A stretch of DNA of 64,000 nucleotides, taken from the human T2T-CHM13v2.0 reference genome, Homo sapiens. The notes under the pieces are model-generated. The model was not told the DNA's origin and searched no databases. It saw only the letters and a list, made by a program, of their open reading frames with translations. The stretch is from the NCBI RefSeq assembly GCF_009914755.1, contig NC_060933.1, one strand, 5' to 3'. The translations under genes and the position numbers were made by a program. Of the stretch, positions 1-15,749 are shown piece after piece; position 1 is the stretch's first letter, and each line of letters begins with the position of its first letter.

Positions 1-781
1 ATCTCATCCATCTCTCTTTATATTTCATCGAAGTATCTGTTCATCTCGGCTTTACCCTCCTTATGATTTTCTGCTCCAATTTCTTAAGAGCCCAGCTTCG
101 AGTGAAGGTCCACACACAATTCTAACATTTTCTTCTGGATCTGGAGAAAACACTTTTCAGAGGTCTAGCCATATTCTGAGTTTTGAGCAATATTCTTTCA
201 TTCATTCATCCAGCAATGTTTTTTCATGGATCCCAAACCATTTCTTCAAGAAGAATACAAAACAACACTGACTTACTCATCCAATATTTACTAAGCATCA
301 TGATGTCCCAAGCACTGCACAGAGTGCCAAAGAGGCCCACCACACCTGCCCCACCGTCACAGATCTTCTCTGACTCTGTCCTCCTGAGAGCCTCCGAGGT
401 GCCGGCTCCCAGGCTAGTTTACAGAGGCCCAGAGGCTTCCATTTGATACAGCTCTTCTAGAAAGAATCTTTTCCTGGCTCTTGACCCTCTTTGAAATCTT
501 GAACTCATCCAAACTACAATCCCCAGAATGCCCTTACCTGATTCTGGGTGTCCACTATCAAGAGGTCTGGCTACTCACTGGCCTGGAGAAATATGAAATC
601 TGTTTCTTGTTGATCTGTGCTATTGACTGAATGAATGTACCTCCCTCAAATTCACATGCTGAAGCTCTCATTCTAAACAAGTGGTATTTGCAGGTACAGT
701 CTTTAGGATGTAATTATTAATAGGTATAGATGAGGTACTAAGGGTGGGGTCCCCATGATGAGATTTGTGGGGTTTTCATGC

Positions 782-1446
782 TTTGTTTTGAGACAAGGTC
801 TTGCTCTGTTGACCAGGCTGGAGTGCAGTGGCTCAATCGTGACTCACTGCAGCCTTGACCTCCCTGTCTCAAGCCCTCCTCCCATCTTATGTTGGTTCTC
901 ACACTGCTATGAAGAAACACCCGAGACTGGGTAATTTATAAAGGAAAGAGGTTTAATTGACTCACAGTTCTGCACTGCTGGGGAGGTCTCAAGAAACTTA
1001 CAATCATGGCAGAGGCAAAGGAGAAACAGGCACCTTCTTCATAGGGCAGCAGGACCGAGTGAGTCCCAGCAGGGGAAATGCCAGACACTTATAAAACCAT
1101 CAGATCTTATGAGAACTCACTCATTATCACAACAGCATGGGGGAAACCATCCCCATGATCCAATTACTTCCACCTGGTCCTGCCCTTGATTATGGGGATT
1201 ATGGGGATTGCAATTCAAGGTGAGATTTGGGTGGGGATACAGAGTCAAACCATATCATACCTCAACCTCCCAAGCAGCTGGGATTACAGGCATGCCACTA
1301 TACCTGGCTTTTTTTTTTTTCTTTTTGTAGAAATGGAGTTTTGCTATGTTGCCCAGGCTGGTTCTCGAATTCTGGGGTTCAAGCAGTCCTCCCACCTTGG
1401 CCTCCCAAAGTGCTGGGATTACAGGCATGAGCCATTGCACCTGGCC
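782..1446 (-). mobile_element. AluJ-like element, split by an MST LTR at 889-1257
   Basis: Antisense Alu sequence at 782-887, resuming at 1259-1446. Confidence 0.85.
889..1257. mobile_element. MSTA/THE1-type MaLR LTR
   Basis: GAGACTGGGTAATTTATAAAGGAAAGAGGTTTAATTGACTCACAGTTC ... CAAACCATATCA. Confidence 0.85.
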
Positions 1447-2207
1447 AAATTCATGTTTTTATAAGAAGAGGAAGAGACCCATGCCCCTCTCTCTCTCTGC
1501 CATGTGATGATATGGCGAGAAGACAGCTATCTATAAGCTAGGAAGAGAGCACTTACCAGGAACTGAATTGGCCAGCACCTTGATCTTGGATTCCTCAGCC
1601 TGCAGAACTGTGAGAAATAAACATCTAAACATCTGTTGTTTAAGCCTCACAGTTGGTAGTGTGTTATAGCAGCCCTCTGACTAAGACAGTCTAGGTGGAA
1701 GTGCTTCAAGGGCAGGGACCGGATCTGTCTTCTGCACCTTCCACAGACCTACTACAGCCTTATAGATGGGCCATTGAGTCCTAGATGGGACCTAACTGAA
1801 TGCTCTAATCATGCAGGGGAATGAAAAGGTGACATTTGCTGTCCTTTTTCAGGTCTGGATTTGCACAGCTAATTCCTAGGAGATAGTTCTCATCTCCCTG
1901 GGGACAGAGGCAGCTCTCTTCTTGAGCCCTCCCTCTCCTTAGCTGTTGAGGCAAAGACCAAAGAAAGTGTGGTCAGCCTGGATCCTGCAGTGAGGAGAGG
2001 AAACTGAGAGTAGCCGACTCCAAAGTCAAGCACATTTGAAGCACCACCAATAGCAGCTAAGAGAGGCGACTGCTGACAGCCAGATCCCAGGCCTCTGCCT
2101 CCTACACCAAAGCTCCCTGCACTGCACTGTGACCTCCCTACTTTGCTCTAGTGCTTGAGATCTTATCAGAACAGAACTAGCAGAGGCTTGGGCAAGGCAA
2201 TGATTAG

Positions 2208-2247
2208 GGGGGAGAGAGGGAGAGAGAGAGAGAAAGAGAGAGAGAGA
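2208..2247. repeat. (GA)n / purine-rich microsatellite
   Basis: Seen directly in the sequence. Confidence 0.85.
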
Positions 2248-2529
2248 TTGATTTGTGGTCAGTAAGAGAAGCAATTCTTAATCTTCTCAGAGTGAGGAAG
2301 GTGATCCATACCAGATGGTTAGGATACAGAGGGACAAGAACCAGCAAAGTTCCTGCCTTTGAGGAACGTATATAATTTAACAGAAGAAAAAAAAAACAGA
2401 ACAACACATAAACAAAGAAAATGTATGCATGCATATTTGATTATTTTAAAGGTGCACCAATTCTACATGTTTTATAGCAGCACAGGCTGGGCTGTATGGG
2501 GTGAAATTACATGGGGTCTAGAATTTGTT

Positions 2530-2687
2530 ACTCAAGTGCATCCCTGGGGACTAGCAGAAACAATTTCACCTGGGAGCTTGTTAGAAATGCAAATGCTCAG
2601 ATTTTACCCCAGAATTACCAAATCAGAATTTGGAATTTAATGAGATCCTCAGGTGATTCGTTAGCACATTAAATATTGAGAATCACT
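2530..2687. mobile_element. MER5A-like hAT DNA transposon
   Basis: CACCTGGGAGCTTGTTAGAAATGCAAAT...CAGGTGATTC...GAGAATCACT. Confidence 0.7.
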
Positions 2688-2829
2688 TCTCAATATTCTA
2701 CATGTTCTAACATGTAGAATCACTTCTCAATATTTAATGGTGGTGGGGAGAGCACTAATTTCACAAAGAGAAAAAGGAAAAGAAATCAGGGGAAGTAAGG
2801 CAAGTAGAGAGGAATATTGATAGCTGTTA

Positions 2830-3695
<866 letters not shown>

Positions 3696-4035
3696 AGAGG
3701 TTGAATTGGCTCATGGTTCTTCAAGCTGTATAGGGAATCATAGCGACTTCTGCTTCTGGGGAGGCCTCAGGAAACTTACAATTGTGGTGGAAGGCAAAGG
3801 GGAAGCAGGCTCATCTCACAGGGCCTGAGCAGAAAGGAGAGAGAGAAGAGGGGGAGGTTCACACACTTTTAAATGACCACATCTCATGAGAACTCACTCT
3901 CACTATCACAAGAACAGCACCAACAGGGAAATCTGTCCCCATGATTCAATCACCTCCCAGCAGGCCCCATCTCCAACACTGGGGATTACAATTCAACATG
4001 AGATTTGGGTGGGGACACAGATCCAAACCATATCA
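3696..4035. mobile_element. MST-type MaLR LTR fragment
   Basis: GGGGAGGCCTCAGGAAACTTACA ... ATCCAAACCATATCA. Confidence 0.8.
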
Positions 4036-4430
4036 CTGTTGAAACTGGATCATGGGCATCTGGGATTTCACCATGCTAGTCTCTGCTTTTGTATCTGTTT
4101 TAAAATGTTTGAAGTAAAAAAATAAGTAAAAACGCACCAACGAATTGACAGGGGAAAGCTGAGCAAACCACGATCCAAGACAGCAGAACTTACCCTGGGA
4201 CTTCCAGAGAGGCTAAAAGAAGGTCCAGGCTCCAAGTCACTAATGCCAACAGCTGTGCTGGCCTCAGGGATGGGGATGTCATCAGGAGATTTGTCAAGGG
4301 GCTGCATTTGGGATGCTGGGGATACCTGCAGCCTTAGAGAACAGAAGGCACTAACGCCAAGCAGGATGAATGAGAAAGATGCAGCTCTAGGTGAGATTTT
4401 TGGCATTCCAAAGATAAGCAAGAAATTTTG

Positions 4431-4729
<299 letters not shown>

Positions 4730-4819
4730 GAGAGAAAATTTTAAACGCTTCTGGAGAGCAAAAACACTGCCTACCAAAGTTATCCACCCTACCGAATGCT
4801 GTAGGAAATAGCAAGGCCT

Positions 4820-5316
4820 CTATCTTAAATGCCTAGCGCTGCTGTAATCAATGACCACAGACTTAATGGCTTAAAACAACACAGATTTACTCTCTTACAG
4901 TTCTGGAGGTGAGAAGCCTGAAATGAGTTTCATTAGACAGAAACCAAGCTGTCCGACTGCACACCGTCCAGAGGCTCCAAAGGACACTCCGCTTGGTTTC
5001 CTGGCCTTTTCCAGCATCTAGAGCTGCATTCCTTACATTCCTTGGCTCCCGGCCTCTTCCTGCTTCAAAGCCAGCAGGAGCACAGAACATTGCTTCAGTA
5101 GTCACATCATCTTCTTCCTCTCTAGATGAATCTCCCTCTACCTCCCTCTAGGAAGGACTCTTGGGATTACATTTAGGGCCCTCCTGAATAGTCCAGGATA
5201 ATCTCTCCCTCTCAAGTTCCATAATCACATCTACAAAGTCCCCTTTGCCATATAATGTTCACAGATTCCAGGAATTAGGACCTGGATATTTTAGGGGAAC
5301 CATTGAGCCTCCCACA
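4820..5316. mobile_element. MLT1-type MaLR LTR
   Basis: GGCTTAAAACAACACAGATTTACTCTCTTACAGTTCTGGAGG...CCTCCCACA. Confidence 0.75.
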
Positions 5317-5470
5317 GCTTCTAAATTCCAAAGAAAAGCAGTTTTACCCAGGGTTCTATAGTTCCACAGTTTGGAAAACAGTTCGGTGGTTCATCAACAA
5401 ATTAAGCATAGAATTACCATACGATCTAACAATTTCACTCCTAAGCATCTACCCAAAATAACTGAAAGCA

Positions 5471-6002
<532 letters not shown>

Positions 6003-7484
6003 CTATTCACCATAGCCAAAAGGTGGAAACAACCCAAATATCCATCAATTGATGACAGGATAAATAAAATATGGTGCATCCATACAATGGAATATCATTC
6101 AGCTGTGAACAAGGAATGACGCACCCATACATGCTACAACATGGATGAACCTTAAAAACATTTTGTTACATGAAGAAGCCAGACACAAAAGGCCACATGT
6201 TATATGATTCCCTTTATATTAAATGTCCACAACAAGCAAATCCACAGAGATAGAAAGCAGATTAGTAGTTGCTGGGGGTGGTGAGAGGGAGGAATGAGGG
6301 GTGACTGCTTAATAGATGGAAGGTTTCCTTTTAGGGTAAGGAAAAAATTCTGGAACTAGACAGCAGCGATGAGTGCATGATATTATGAATGCGCTTAACA
6401 CCACTGATTTATACACTTTAAAATCATTAAAATGGTAAGTTTGGCATTAAAGAGAAAAAGAGTAGACACAGGAAATAATGATATCTAAGGATAAGTTAAG
6501 ATCAAGGAAAGTGCAAACCAAATTATAAGAGAATCTGCTGACCCTGATGTTTAGAACATTCCCTTTGAGCAGTAAGGGTTTCCAGACATAGAATTGATTA
6601 CATTCTCATCTCTACAGGCCTAATCACATCACTTGGTTCTGCAGTGAGTATTTCCATAATCTAAAATATATAAATGATATTTTTATTGGGCTTAAAATTT
6701 TAGAAATAACCTATGGAGAAATCATGAAAGACCATTATGGTAACAGAGTGAATATAAATGTTATGAACCTTGACAATGTAAGAATAATTATTTAACAAGA
6801 ATTGGGTGCAGATGGGAAACACAGAAGAAAGTGTAAGTACATGGACTTCTTTATTTTTCATAGCAGAGATCAATACTTACAATCCAAAAGAAATAAATCA
6901 AGAAATAGATAGTAGGTTATTAAAACTTAAAAAGGCAATCTGTAGAAGAAATAAGAATAATGTCTGTAACTGCAAAATTCAGCAAGGGACAGGAGAGTTG
7001 GAAGGCAATAAAGTGTGCTCAATTCCTCAACTTTCTCAGCAGAGAGGCAACAAATATGTCCAAAGAAGATGAGTCAAGAAATAGAACTATATTTAAAGCT
7101 TCAATTGTTGATAGACATCTGTTTTTGTTTGGTGAGAACACCCCTCTTTCCCTGGGGATACCCATTTGCATGTGTGAGGTAGGGCAGACCTACCCTTGTG
7201 GCCACAGGAGTGGTCACATGACCCATCCTGGCCAATCAGAACCTTCCCTGGGACTTTTTCACCAGCACTGTTGGGGAAGATGCTGATTTTAGGCCAGCAC
7301 TGTCAAGTCAGGAGAATGGTACCCTGGGGCTTTCTGTATCCATCTGCCTGCTACTGGACACGAATCTGCATATAGACTGAAGCAACATCAGAGCTGATGA
7401 CATTATTGAATCCCTGGATGTGCCTGAAGCATATATTATTCTTCAGATTTCTGTTATCTTACCCATTGAATTCTCTCCTACCTC

Positions 7485-7773
7485 TTTTTTTGAGACAGAC
7501 TCTCACTCTGTCACGCAGGCTGGAGAGCAGTGGCATGATCTCAGCTCATTTGCCGCCTCAACCTCCTGGGCTCGAGTGATCCTCCCACCTCAGCCTCCCA
7601 AGTAGTTGGAACTACAGGCACATGCCACCAGGCCTGGCTAATTTCTGTATTTTTTGTAGAGGCAGGGTTTCATCATGTTGCCCAAGCTGGTCTTGATCTC
7701 CCAGGCTCAAGCAGTCCACCCATCTCAGCCTCCCAAAGTGCTGGGATTGTAGGCATGAGGCACCATGCCGAGC
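7485..7773 (-). mobile_element. AluJ-like element
   Basis: Antisense dimeric Alu. Confidence 0.88.
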
Positions 7774-8478
7774 TTGAATTCCCCTTTTGCTTAAAAAAAA
7801 AAGGCTGGGAAAGCCATTTGGCTCATATGTTCTGCTAATGTGTGGTGCTAACCCAGGGAATCTTCTAGAAAGAAGAGGAGTTCACCAGCAAGGAATTCCA
7901 GGAAAAGGTGTTAGAACCACAGCCCAAATGGTGACCCTAAGGCTTTCAGGATCAGGCCACCAGTGTTTTTCAGTGGCCAGAACACCATCTGGTACAGTGA
8001 TGGTCACAAGGGGTGTGATCAAAACTCGACATTTGGACGGCCAGCCAAAAGTCCAAATCCTGCTAGGAGCTATGCAACTTGGACAAAATTCTTAGCATCT
8101 CTGACCTTAGCCTCCTTGTTACCAAAATAGAGATAATACTATCTACCCCATGGGGTTGTTGAGATGGTGAAATAAAACAGGAAAACGTACTTTATAAACA
8201 CTCTGGGGTTTCATTTTTTATGATGATTAGTTCAGTTCCTTGGTCAGTCAAACTGCTTCTGTTCTCTGACCACAGATTGCATCCTACCTAATTCTGCCCA
8301 ACCACCCCACAAATATATATATGCCATAATTCCCAAGTGGTGAGGGTGAGGGAGTGTGAATGACTCACTGCAGCCCCTTCCAATCACTGGAATGAAAATA
8401 GCTCCCCCAGTAATCATGGGTCACTCAGCTACAATTGTCTTCATTTTCTCCTCCTGCTTCTCCTTCTTCTTCCTACTA

Positions 8479-8874
<396 letters not shown>

Positions 8875-11050
8875 TCATGCAGAAATGGGATATTTGAGGG
8901 AGCAGGGTATGATTCAGGTGATCTGTGCCTCTGGATATGGTAAGAAAAATCACTGTGGAAGGAATAGTAATGGCTCTCCACTAAGATAGTGTCACTTGTG
9001 AATTAAGTGGTGTCAGCCTCCTTTTGTAAATTTTTATGGGTTTTTTTTTCTTATTGTAAAAGTAATATTGTTTTTATAATATTTTTATTGCAAGTAATAT
9101 AAGTAATATTGTTTATTGCAGCAAACACAGAAAGATAAAGAAGGAAATAAAAGTCACCCACAATCCCACAATCCAGATTTAAACCCTGTTAACATTTTGG
9201 CGGACTCTGTTCCATTCAGTTTTACTAACACCCCTGAAATCATATCACATATTGCATCCTGCTTTCTCCATTCAACATTATATTATGAGCATATCTCCAT
9301 TTCATTAACAATTCTCAAAGATTTTTTTTGGCCAGTATCATACTCCAGAGTACCAAAATCTATTTAATCAAGCTCCTATTATTGAATATTTTAGGTACTT
9401 CTAGTTTTTCACTACTGATCACTCAGCATAAATGTTTTCATCAGTTCAATAAGAGGCTTTAACCATTTGTATGCATTGTCATAGCTGGCACATTTAGCCT
9501 TGCTGCTCTCTTCGTTCACAGTAACACATCCAGGATGCCAGGTGGCCAGTCCCAAGGGTGCCATCACCACCCACACATGAAACAGTCCCCCTTCCCCAAA
9601 GGCAAGGTATTTTCCAGACCTCCTTGGCCTCCTTGCTTCCAAACCTCACTGAAGGCCATGCCAGTCCTCCCTGATAGATCTCCCCCAAGTTGTGTGTCGC
9701 TGGCAGCAGAAGCTGTGGTCTCTGCTCTGTTCTCCTAAAAGGCTCTGGGTTGCTTATGCAAATAAGTCCCCTCCCTCTCAGCTCCCAGTTCCAGAAGATA
9801 AATGTGTAGTTTTCTAAATCACCTCAAACCAGGTCTTCCACTCTAACCCGAGTAATAGGTGCCTACTGATTCTGCATAAGTGAGCCACTCCATCTGTCTT
9901 CCCCACAAGGGAAGAGGGCAGTGGAGGAGGTTAGAGGGCCAGGGAAGACCAGCCAGAAAGATCCTGGAGCGAGTGTCCCACCCTACAGGTCAGGAGATGG
10001 AGCTCACATTGAGGGAAGGGTGGCATGGCTCCACATTCACGCCTTTTCTCATGATCTGTGCCCCTGTCCGCAGAACATATCCACCACATTCCATTATTCC
10101 AGGGTCCAGGCTAGGAAAGAGGGAACATGGGCTCTAATTGCAGCTCTGCCACTAGTGTGCTTTGTGACACTGGGAAAGTACCTTTCCCTCTCTGAGCTGT
10201 CAGGAAGGGAAGGGTGACCAAATGATTCTCAAAGGCCCTCCAGGGTCTGATGGCTGAGCTTGAGCCCCACAAAGAATATTCTACCTGCAAGAACACGTGG
10301 TGAAGGGAGGCAGCCTGCTTCCCAGGGTCTAGCTGAGGCAGGGGCTGTGCTGAGGGATACACCCACTTCCTCCTCCTCAGCCTTTCCATTAAGGGCCCTG
10401 GGGCATGAGGCTCACAAAGCACCTTGGAAAGCAGTAGGCTTGAGGCCAAAAGGTGAGGTGGAGACAGCTATCTCCACATCCTCCCACAAACAATCGGAAT
10501 AGTGGTCACAGGGCCGCTGGGGGACTTGCATGAAATGATGGAAGAGGTAAAAGTTTCAAAGAGTGAATGCTTCTTGTCAGGAAGACCCAGGAGCCAGCTC
10601 AAAGGGTCTCCTGCTGGCCAACCTTAGACAAGGTGGGCATCAACATAAGGAATGATAGTAATGGATTATAACTCACAGACTCAAATAAAACTGTAAGTCT
10701 GTACAGATGGAAATAAGTGAATTAATTGAAAAGTTAAATTGAAAGTTTGATGCAAGAAGGGGATATTGTCATAGTTTCAAAGCACCTCCACAAAATAATT
10801 ACTAATTACAAAGATAAAAGAAGGAACAGACACCATGTACATCAAGTGATCAAAATGAACACCAGTAGTAATGCAACATATCCAAACTCACACAACCTGG
10901 TAGAAGGTACTGAGACGACGTATCGCTTCTGGGATATGCTTCCTAAGAAGCATGATCTGGATCTGATTGCGAGGAACCATCAGGCAAACCTCGATGAACG
11001 GACATTCTGGGAAATAATGGCAAAAATGCCAAGGTCATGAAAGTTTAGAA

Positions 11051-11437
11051 AAGAGTGAGGAACAACTGTTCCAGGCTGAAGGAGCTTAGAGATGGCTACA
11101 TGCAACAGATGTGATACTCACCCCGGGAAGAGTGAGGAACTGATCCAGGCTGAAGGAGACTAGAGACATGATGGCTGGATGCAACACTCGTGATACTGAC
11201 CCCGGGAAGAGTGACGAACTGCTCCAGGCTGAAGGAGACTAGAGACATGATGGCTGGATGCAACACTCGTGATACTGACCCCGGGAAGAGTGAGGAACTG
11301 ATCCAGGCTGAAGGAGAATAGAGATGGCTACATGCAACACTTGTGATACTGATCCCAGAAAGAACGAGGAACTGTTTCCAGGCTAAAGGAGACTAGAGAC
11401 ATGACAGCTGGGTGCAACACACGATACTGATCCCAGA
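11051..11437. repeat. ~79-bp tandem repeat, ~5 copies
   Basis: Units start at 11051, 11128, 11207, 11286 and 11360. Confidence 0.92.
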
Positions 11438-11545
11438 TCCTTTGGCTGTGAAGGACAATTATTGGGATGTTTGGGGAAACCTGGGTGGAGTCTGAATTAG
11501 ACAGTAGTAATGTATCAATGTGAATGCTCCGATGGCAATGGTTGC

Positions 11546-11975
11546 TGTGGTAGGGAGCCTTTGAGATGGCCCCCAGTGAACCTCACCCCCTGTATTCACT
11601 CCCTTGACTGAGAATATCGCAGAAGAGATGGGGAGTCACTTCCAAGAGCAGGTTCCAAAAAGACTGTGGTCTTTTTGACTGCTATACTGTGGAAAGCCCT
11701 AAGAGGTTTTCCCATCACGGTGATGAACACAGGCCCTCAGCCCAACAGCCCAGGAGGAACTGAAGCCTCCTAACGACCAGTTCAGTGAACTTGGACGTGG
11801 GTCCTTCAGACCCAGTCAGGTCAGAACAACTGCAGCCCTGGCCGACAGTGTGACTGCATCTCATGGGAGACTTCTAGCCACTGGTTAAGTTGTGCCTGTG
11901 AAACAATCAATGCTTTTTGTTTTGAGCTGCTAACTTTGGGGGTCATTTGTTACACAGCAATAGGTAACTAATACA
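11546..11975 (+). mobile_element. MLT1 (E/F-like) solo LTR
   Basis: TGTGGTAGG...CAGCAATAGGTAACTAATACA; 5-bp TSD GTTGC/GTTAC. Confidence 0.8.
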
Positions 11976-12289
11976 GTTACCCATTATTATATGATTATGT
12001 AGGAGAATGTCCATATTTGTATGAAAGACACACTATTCAGGTGTACTGAGGTATCAGATGGCACATAATTCTCAAATGGTTCAGGAATAGAAAGTTCTTT
12101 GTACCATATCTGCAACTTTTCTGTATGTCTAGGATTGTTTCAAAATTAAGACATCTATTGTAAAAAGCAGCAATGTGCCCTAGGTACATGAAGGAAAGGA
12201 ACTCTGTTCTGGAAGGTCAGCACTCAGGGTACAGAGGAGTAGACGTAGTGGTGGGACTTCAGACACTGTGGTCTCTTTCTGAAATACAA

Positions 12290-12770
12290 ACCACCCTCCT
12301 GCCTTAGACCCTTCAATGACTCCTGCTGTCCTCAGGATAAAGCCCAACTTCCTGAGCCTGGCATTCAAGGCCACCAGACCCTCCCTATGGACGGCATCCA
12401 GCCTGCCTCGTGCATTCCCTTTAACATTTCACACTCCAGACAGTGCCCATGCAAGCAGCTCCCGGAGGCCATGCTGTTTCTCCCCTTTGTGTTTTGCTCT
12501 GCCTTGAATGCCCCACTCCCCTTCTTTCCTGGACAATCCCTAACCAACTTCTGAGACTCACCTTAAGAGCCACCTCCTCCACATCCCATGTATCACCAAC
12601 CCCCTCTCCTTCCCCAATGACAGCACAGCAAGTAGCACATGTTGTAAGGAGGGTCCATCTCCTCCATCTGACTGTGAGCCCAGCAAGGGCCAAAGCCCTA
12701 TCCAGTTCCCCATAGGCACTCAGCACCCAGCCAGCCCCAGCATAGCACACAGTAGGTGCTCAGTTTTAAG
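12290..12770. mobile_element. L2 fragment
   Basis: L2 3'-end-like motifs (AGCCTGGCATTCAAGGCC; AGCACACAGTAGGTGCTCA). Confidence 0.6.
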
Positions 12771-13823
12771 AGCCCACAGCCTGACCAAGGCATGGTTAGG
12801 GATGGGAGGCCCATAGTCACACTCCATGGGGACCACCCACTCCAAAACTCAGAGCAGTCCAGCCTGGAGTCAGTGTTGGGGGGCCCCGGACACAAGTCCC
12901 CAGAAGTAGCCTCCCTGCCATGGGCCCTTAGACCTGGCACTGCCTTGCAAAGGCCCCTGGGGATTTCAGGCCCTGCAAAGGAGTAATTTGTACTTCAGGC
13001 TCGCTAATGAATCCCTGAACAAAGGAATTAATTACTGTCTGTCAAAATTAGACTTCTCCCTTCCTTCGAGATGCATCTTCTTTTTATTCTTAATTAATTT
13101 TTAAAATTACGATGTCAGTGCAAAGTCTAATTTATTTTACTTTTAGCGTTATTTCTCTGATAAGCAATTTCATTTTATGCCAGGCGCCCTCCTCGGCACC
13201 ACTTTGTCACGTCAGCTCTCACTTCGAGGGGCTGTGGCAGACCTCCCAGAGCAAGCACCAGAGGCCTCAGATGAGCTGTTCCCCCTCCTGGGCCTCAGTC
13301 TCCCCGATGAGAAATGAATGCGTGGCACTAACGCGGTTCCACGAGCTTATCCCTCCCTCCATCGCAGGATCTACGTGAGGCCTGTGGCCTCATGAATGCA
13401 CAGCCCTCGAGCATTTATCAAGGGCTTCTGCACTCTTCATAGCACGGACCCCCCCACAAAAACCCTTTTAAAGCCAAGCCTGTCTTCCCCACTTTACAGG
13501 TGAGGAAACTGAGCCTCACAGAGAAGAAATTGCTAGGACATGTTGGAAAAAATGCTCCCAACCCAGGCTCTGACTCCAGATCTTCACCCTGGTACCTAGA
13601 TGGGGTCTGTTGCAAATGGTGACTTGGAGGTCTCTGATTAGACCTAGATGCTGCCTGGACAGGTCCTACATGACACCATTTGAGTCTGCCCAGTGCTCTG
13701 GTAAATGTCTCCCCCCTCCCACCCTTGTGTGGGGATCTGCTCCCCTTAACTCAGCTCCCCACACCCTGCCCTTGTGAGGAGTCCAAATGAGAGGTGCTTG
13801 CTTCACCCAGGACCCTACTCTCA

Positions 13824-14480
<657 letters not shown>

Positions 14481-15749
14481 TCACTTGTCACCCAAGAGTT
14501 CCAAGTGGTATGATTGGGCTCATAGAGCTGGGAGAAAGGAGGAGCTCAGCCTGATGTGGCGGGAACTGTCTCCAGTGGATTGATACTAAGCCCGGTGGGG
14601 GAAGGGGCTAGAAGTGGATGTTCTGCAACCTGGAGATGACTTGTCCCTGCCTCACCCCAGGATGAAGCCATGGGTATACGAAGCCCTCAGTCAGGCTCAG
14701 GCCCCACTGCCCATCCGGGCTCATCTCCCACCCTGCCATCTTTCACGCACAGCCTCACCACAGCACCCCGTCATGTCTCGTGGGGATGGGACCTCACCAT
14801 TCTCCTTGCCTCCACGCTTTTGCATACTGTGCCCCTAGGCCAGCCCCTCCTACCACCACCTGCCTACTTGTTATAGACAACACCTCCTCTGGAAGACCCC
14901 TCTGGACTCACCACTCCTCAGTCTGCCATGGCAGTCAGCCTATTGCTGCTCGTAGCACCTGAGCTGGAATTGTCAGCACATGCTAGTCCCCTAGGATGCT
15001 GTGAGCTATTTAAGGACCACATATCAGCCTCCCCAGTGCCCAGCCCTGGGCCTACCATAGGGAGAGTGTCACTCATCAACAAGTATCTACTGAGCAGCGG
15101 ACACCATTCTAGGTGAGCAACACAGAGGAGTCCCTGCCCTCATGGAGTTTATAGTCTATGGCGGGAAAACATGACCAAGGATAAGCATAACACATACAAA
15201 AATCACACAGCACGAAGCCAGCTAAGTGGCACCAGGTACACAGGGGCAGGTTGGGATTATGAATAGGGATGGGTGGTCAGTGTAGTCCTGATTGAGACGG
15301 TGACTTCAAGGAGGTGAGAGGCTAGGCCACACGGATGTCTGCGGAAAGGGGATTCCAGCAGAGAAAGCGGCCAGTCTTTGAAGCAGAGGATGTCGGGCGT
15401 GCTTAGGGAAAAGCAAGGGAGCCCCACGGCCAGTCTGGAGGGAGTGGAGAAGGAGGGGAGAAGGGCTGGTGGCTCCTGGGAAAGGCAGGCATATTTGGCT
15501 AAGAAGCTCAAGAAGTTCTTGTTGAACAAATCGAATTGAAATTTGAAAAGATTCTTGTAGTCTAGGTAGCAAGAACTACATGAATAATGAAAATGGGGGA
15601 ATGTCAGTGAAATTTCATGGCTATATGATCAGAGCACAACTGGCGGGAGGACGTCAGGGGAGGTCTGAGAAGCAGTGCCTCCAGCCAGGATGCGGGACTT
15701 GTGTCCACCTTGGGGGCAGAGTGGGGAGCAGGAGCACAGGCGGCAGAGG

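Larger units (their letters stand above)
618..1688 (+). mobile_element. MaLR LTR (MLT1A-like), split by nested Alu and MST insertions
   Basis: Begins TGCTATTGACTGAATG...CAAATTCACATGCTGAAGC and ends ...GACTAAGACA. Confidence 0.7.
10570..12165 (+). mobile_element. Old L1M (L1MC-like) 3' UTR fragment hosting a VNTR and an MLT1 LTR
   Basis: Resembles recalled L1MC 3' motifs (AAGTGATCAAAATGAACACCAGTAGTAATG; CTCAAATGGTTCAGGAA). Confidence 0.65.

Noticed and set aside
11051-11437. Tandem repeat considered as a CRISPR-like array (also 55376-55727)
   Set aside because: The units are contiguous with no unique spacers, there are no cas genes, and the context is mammalian.
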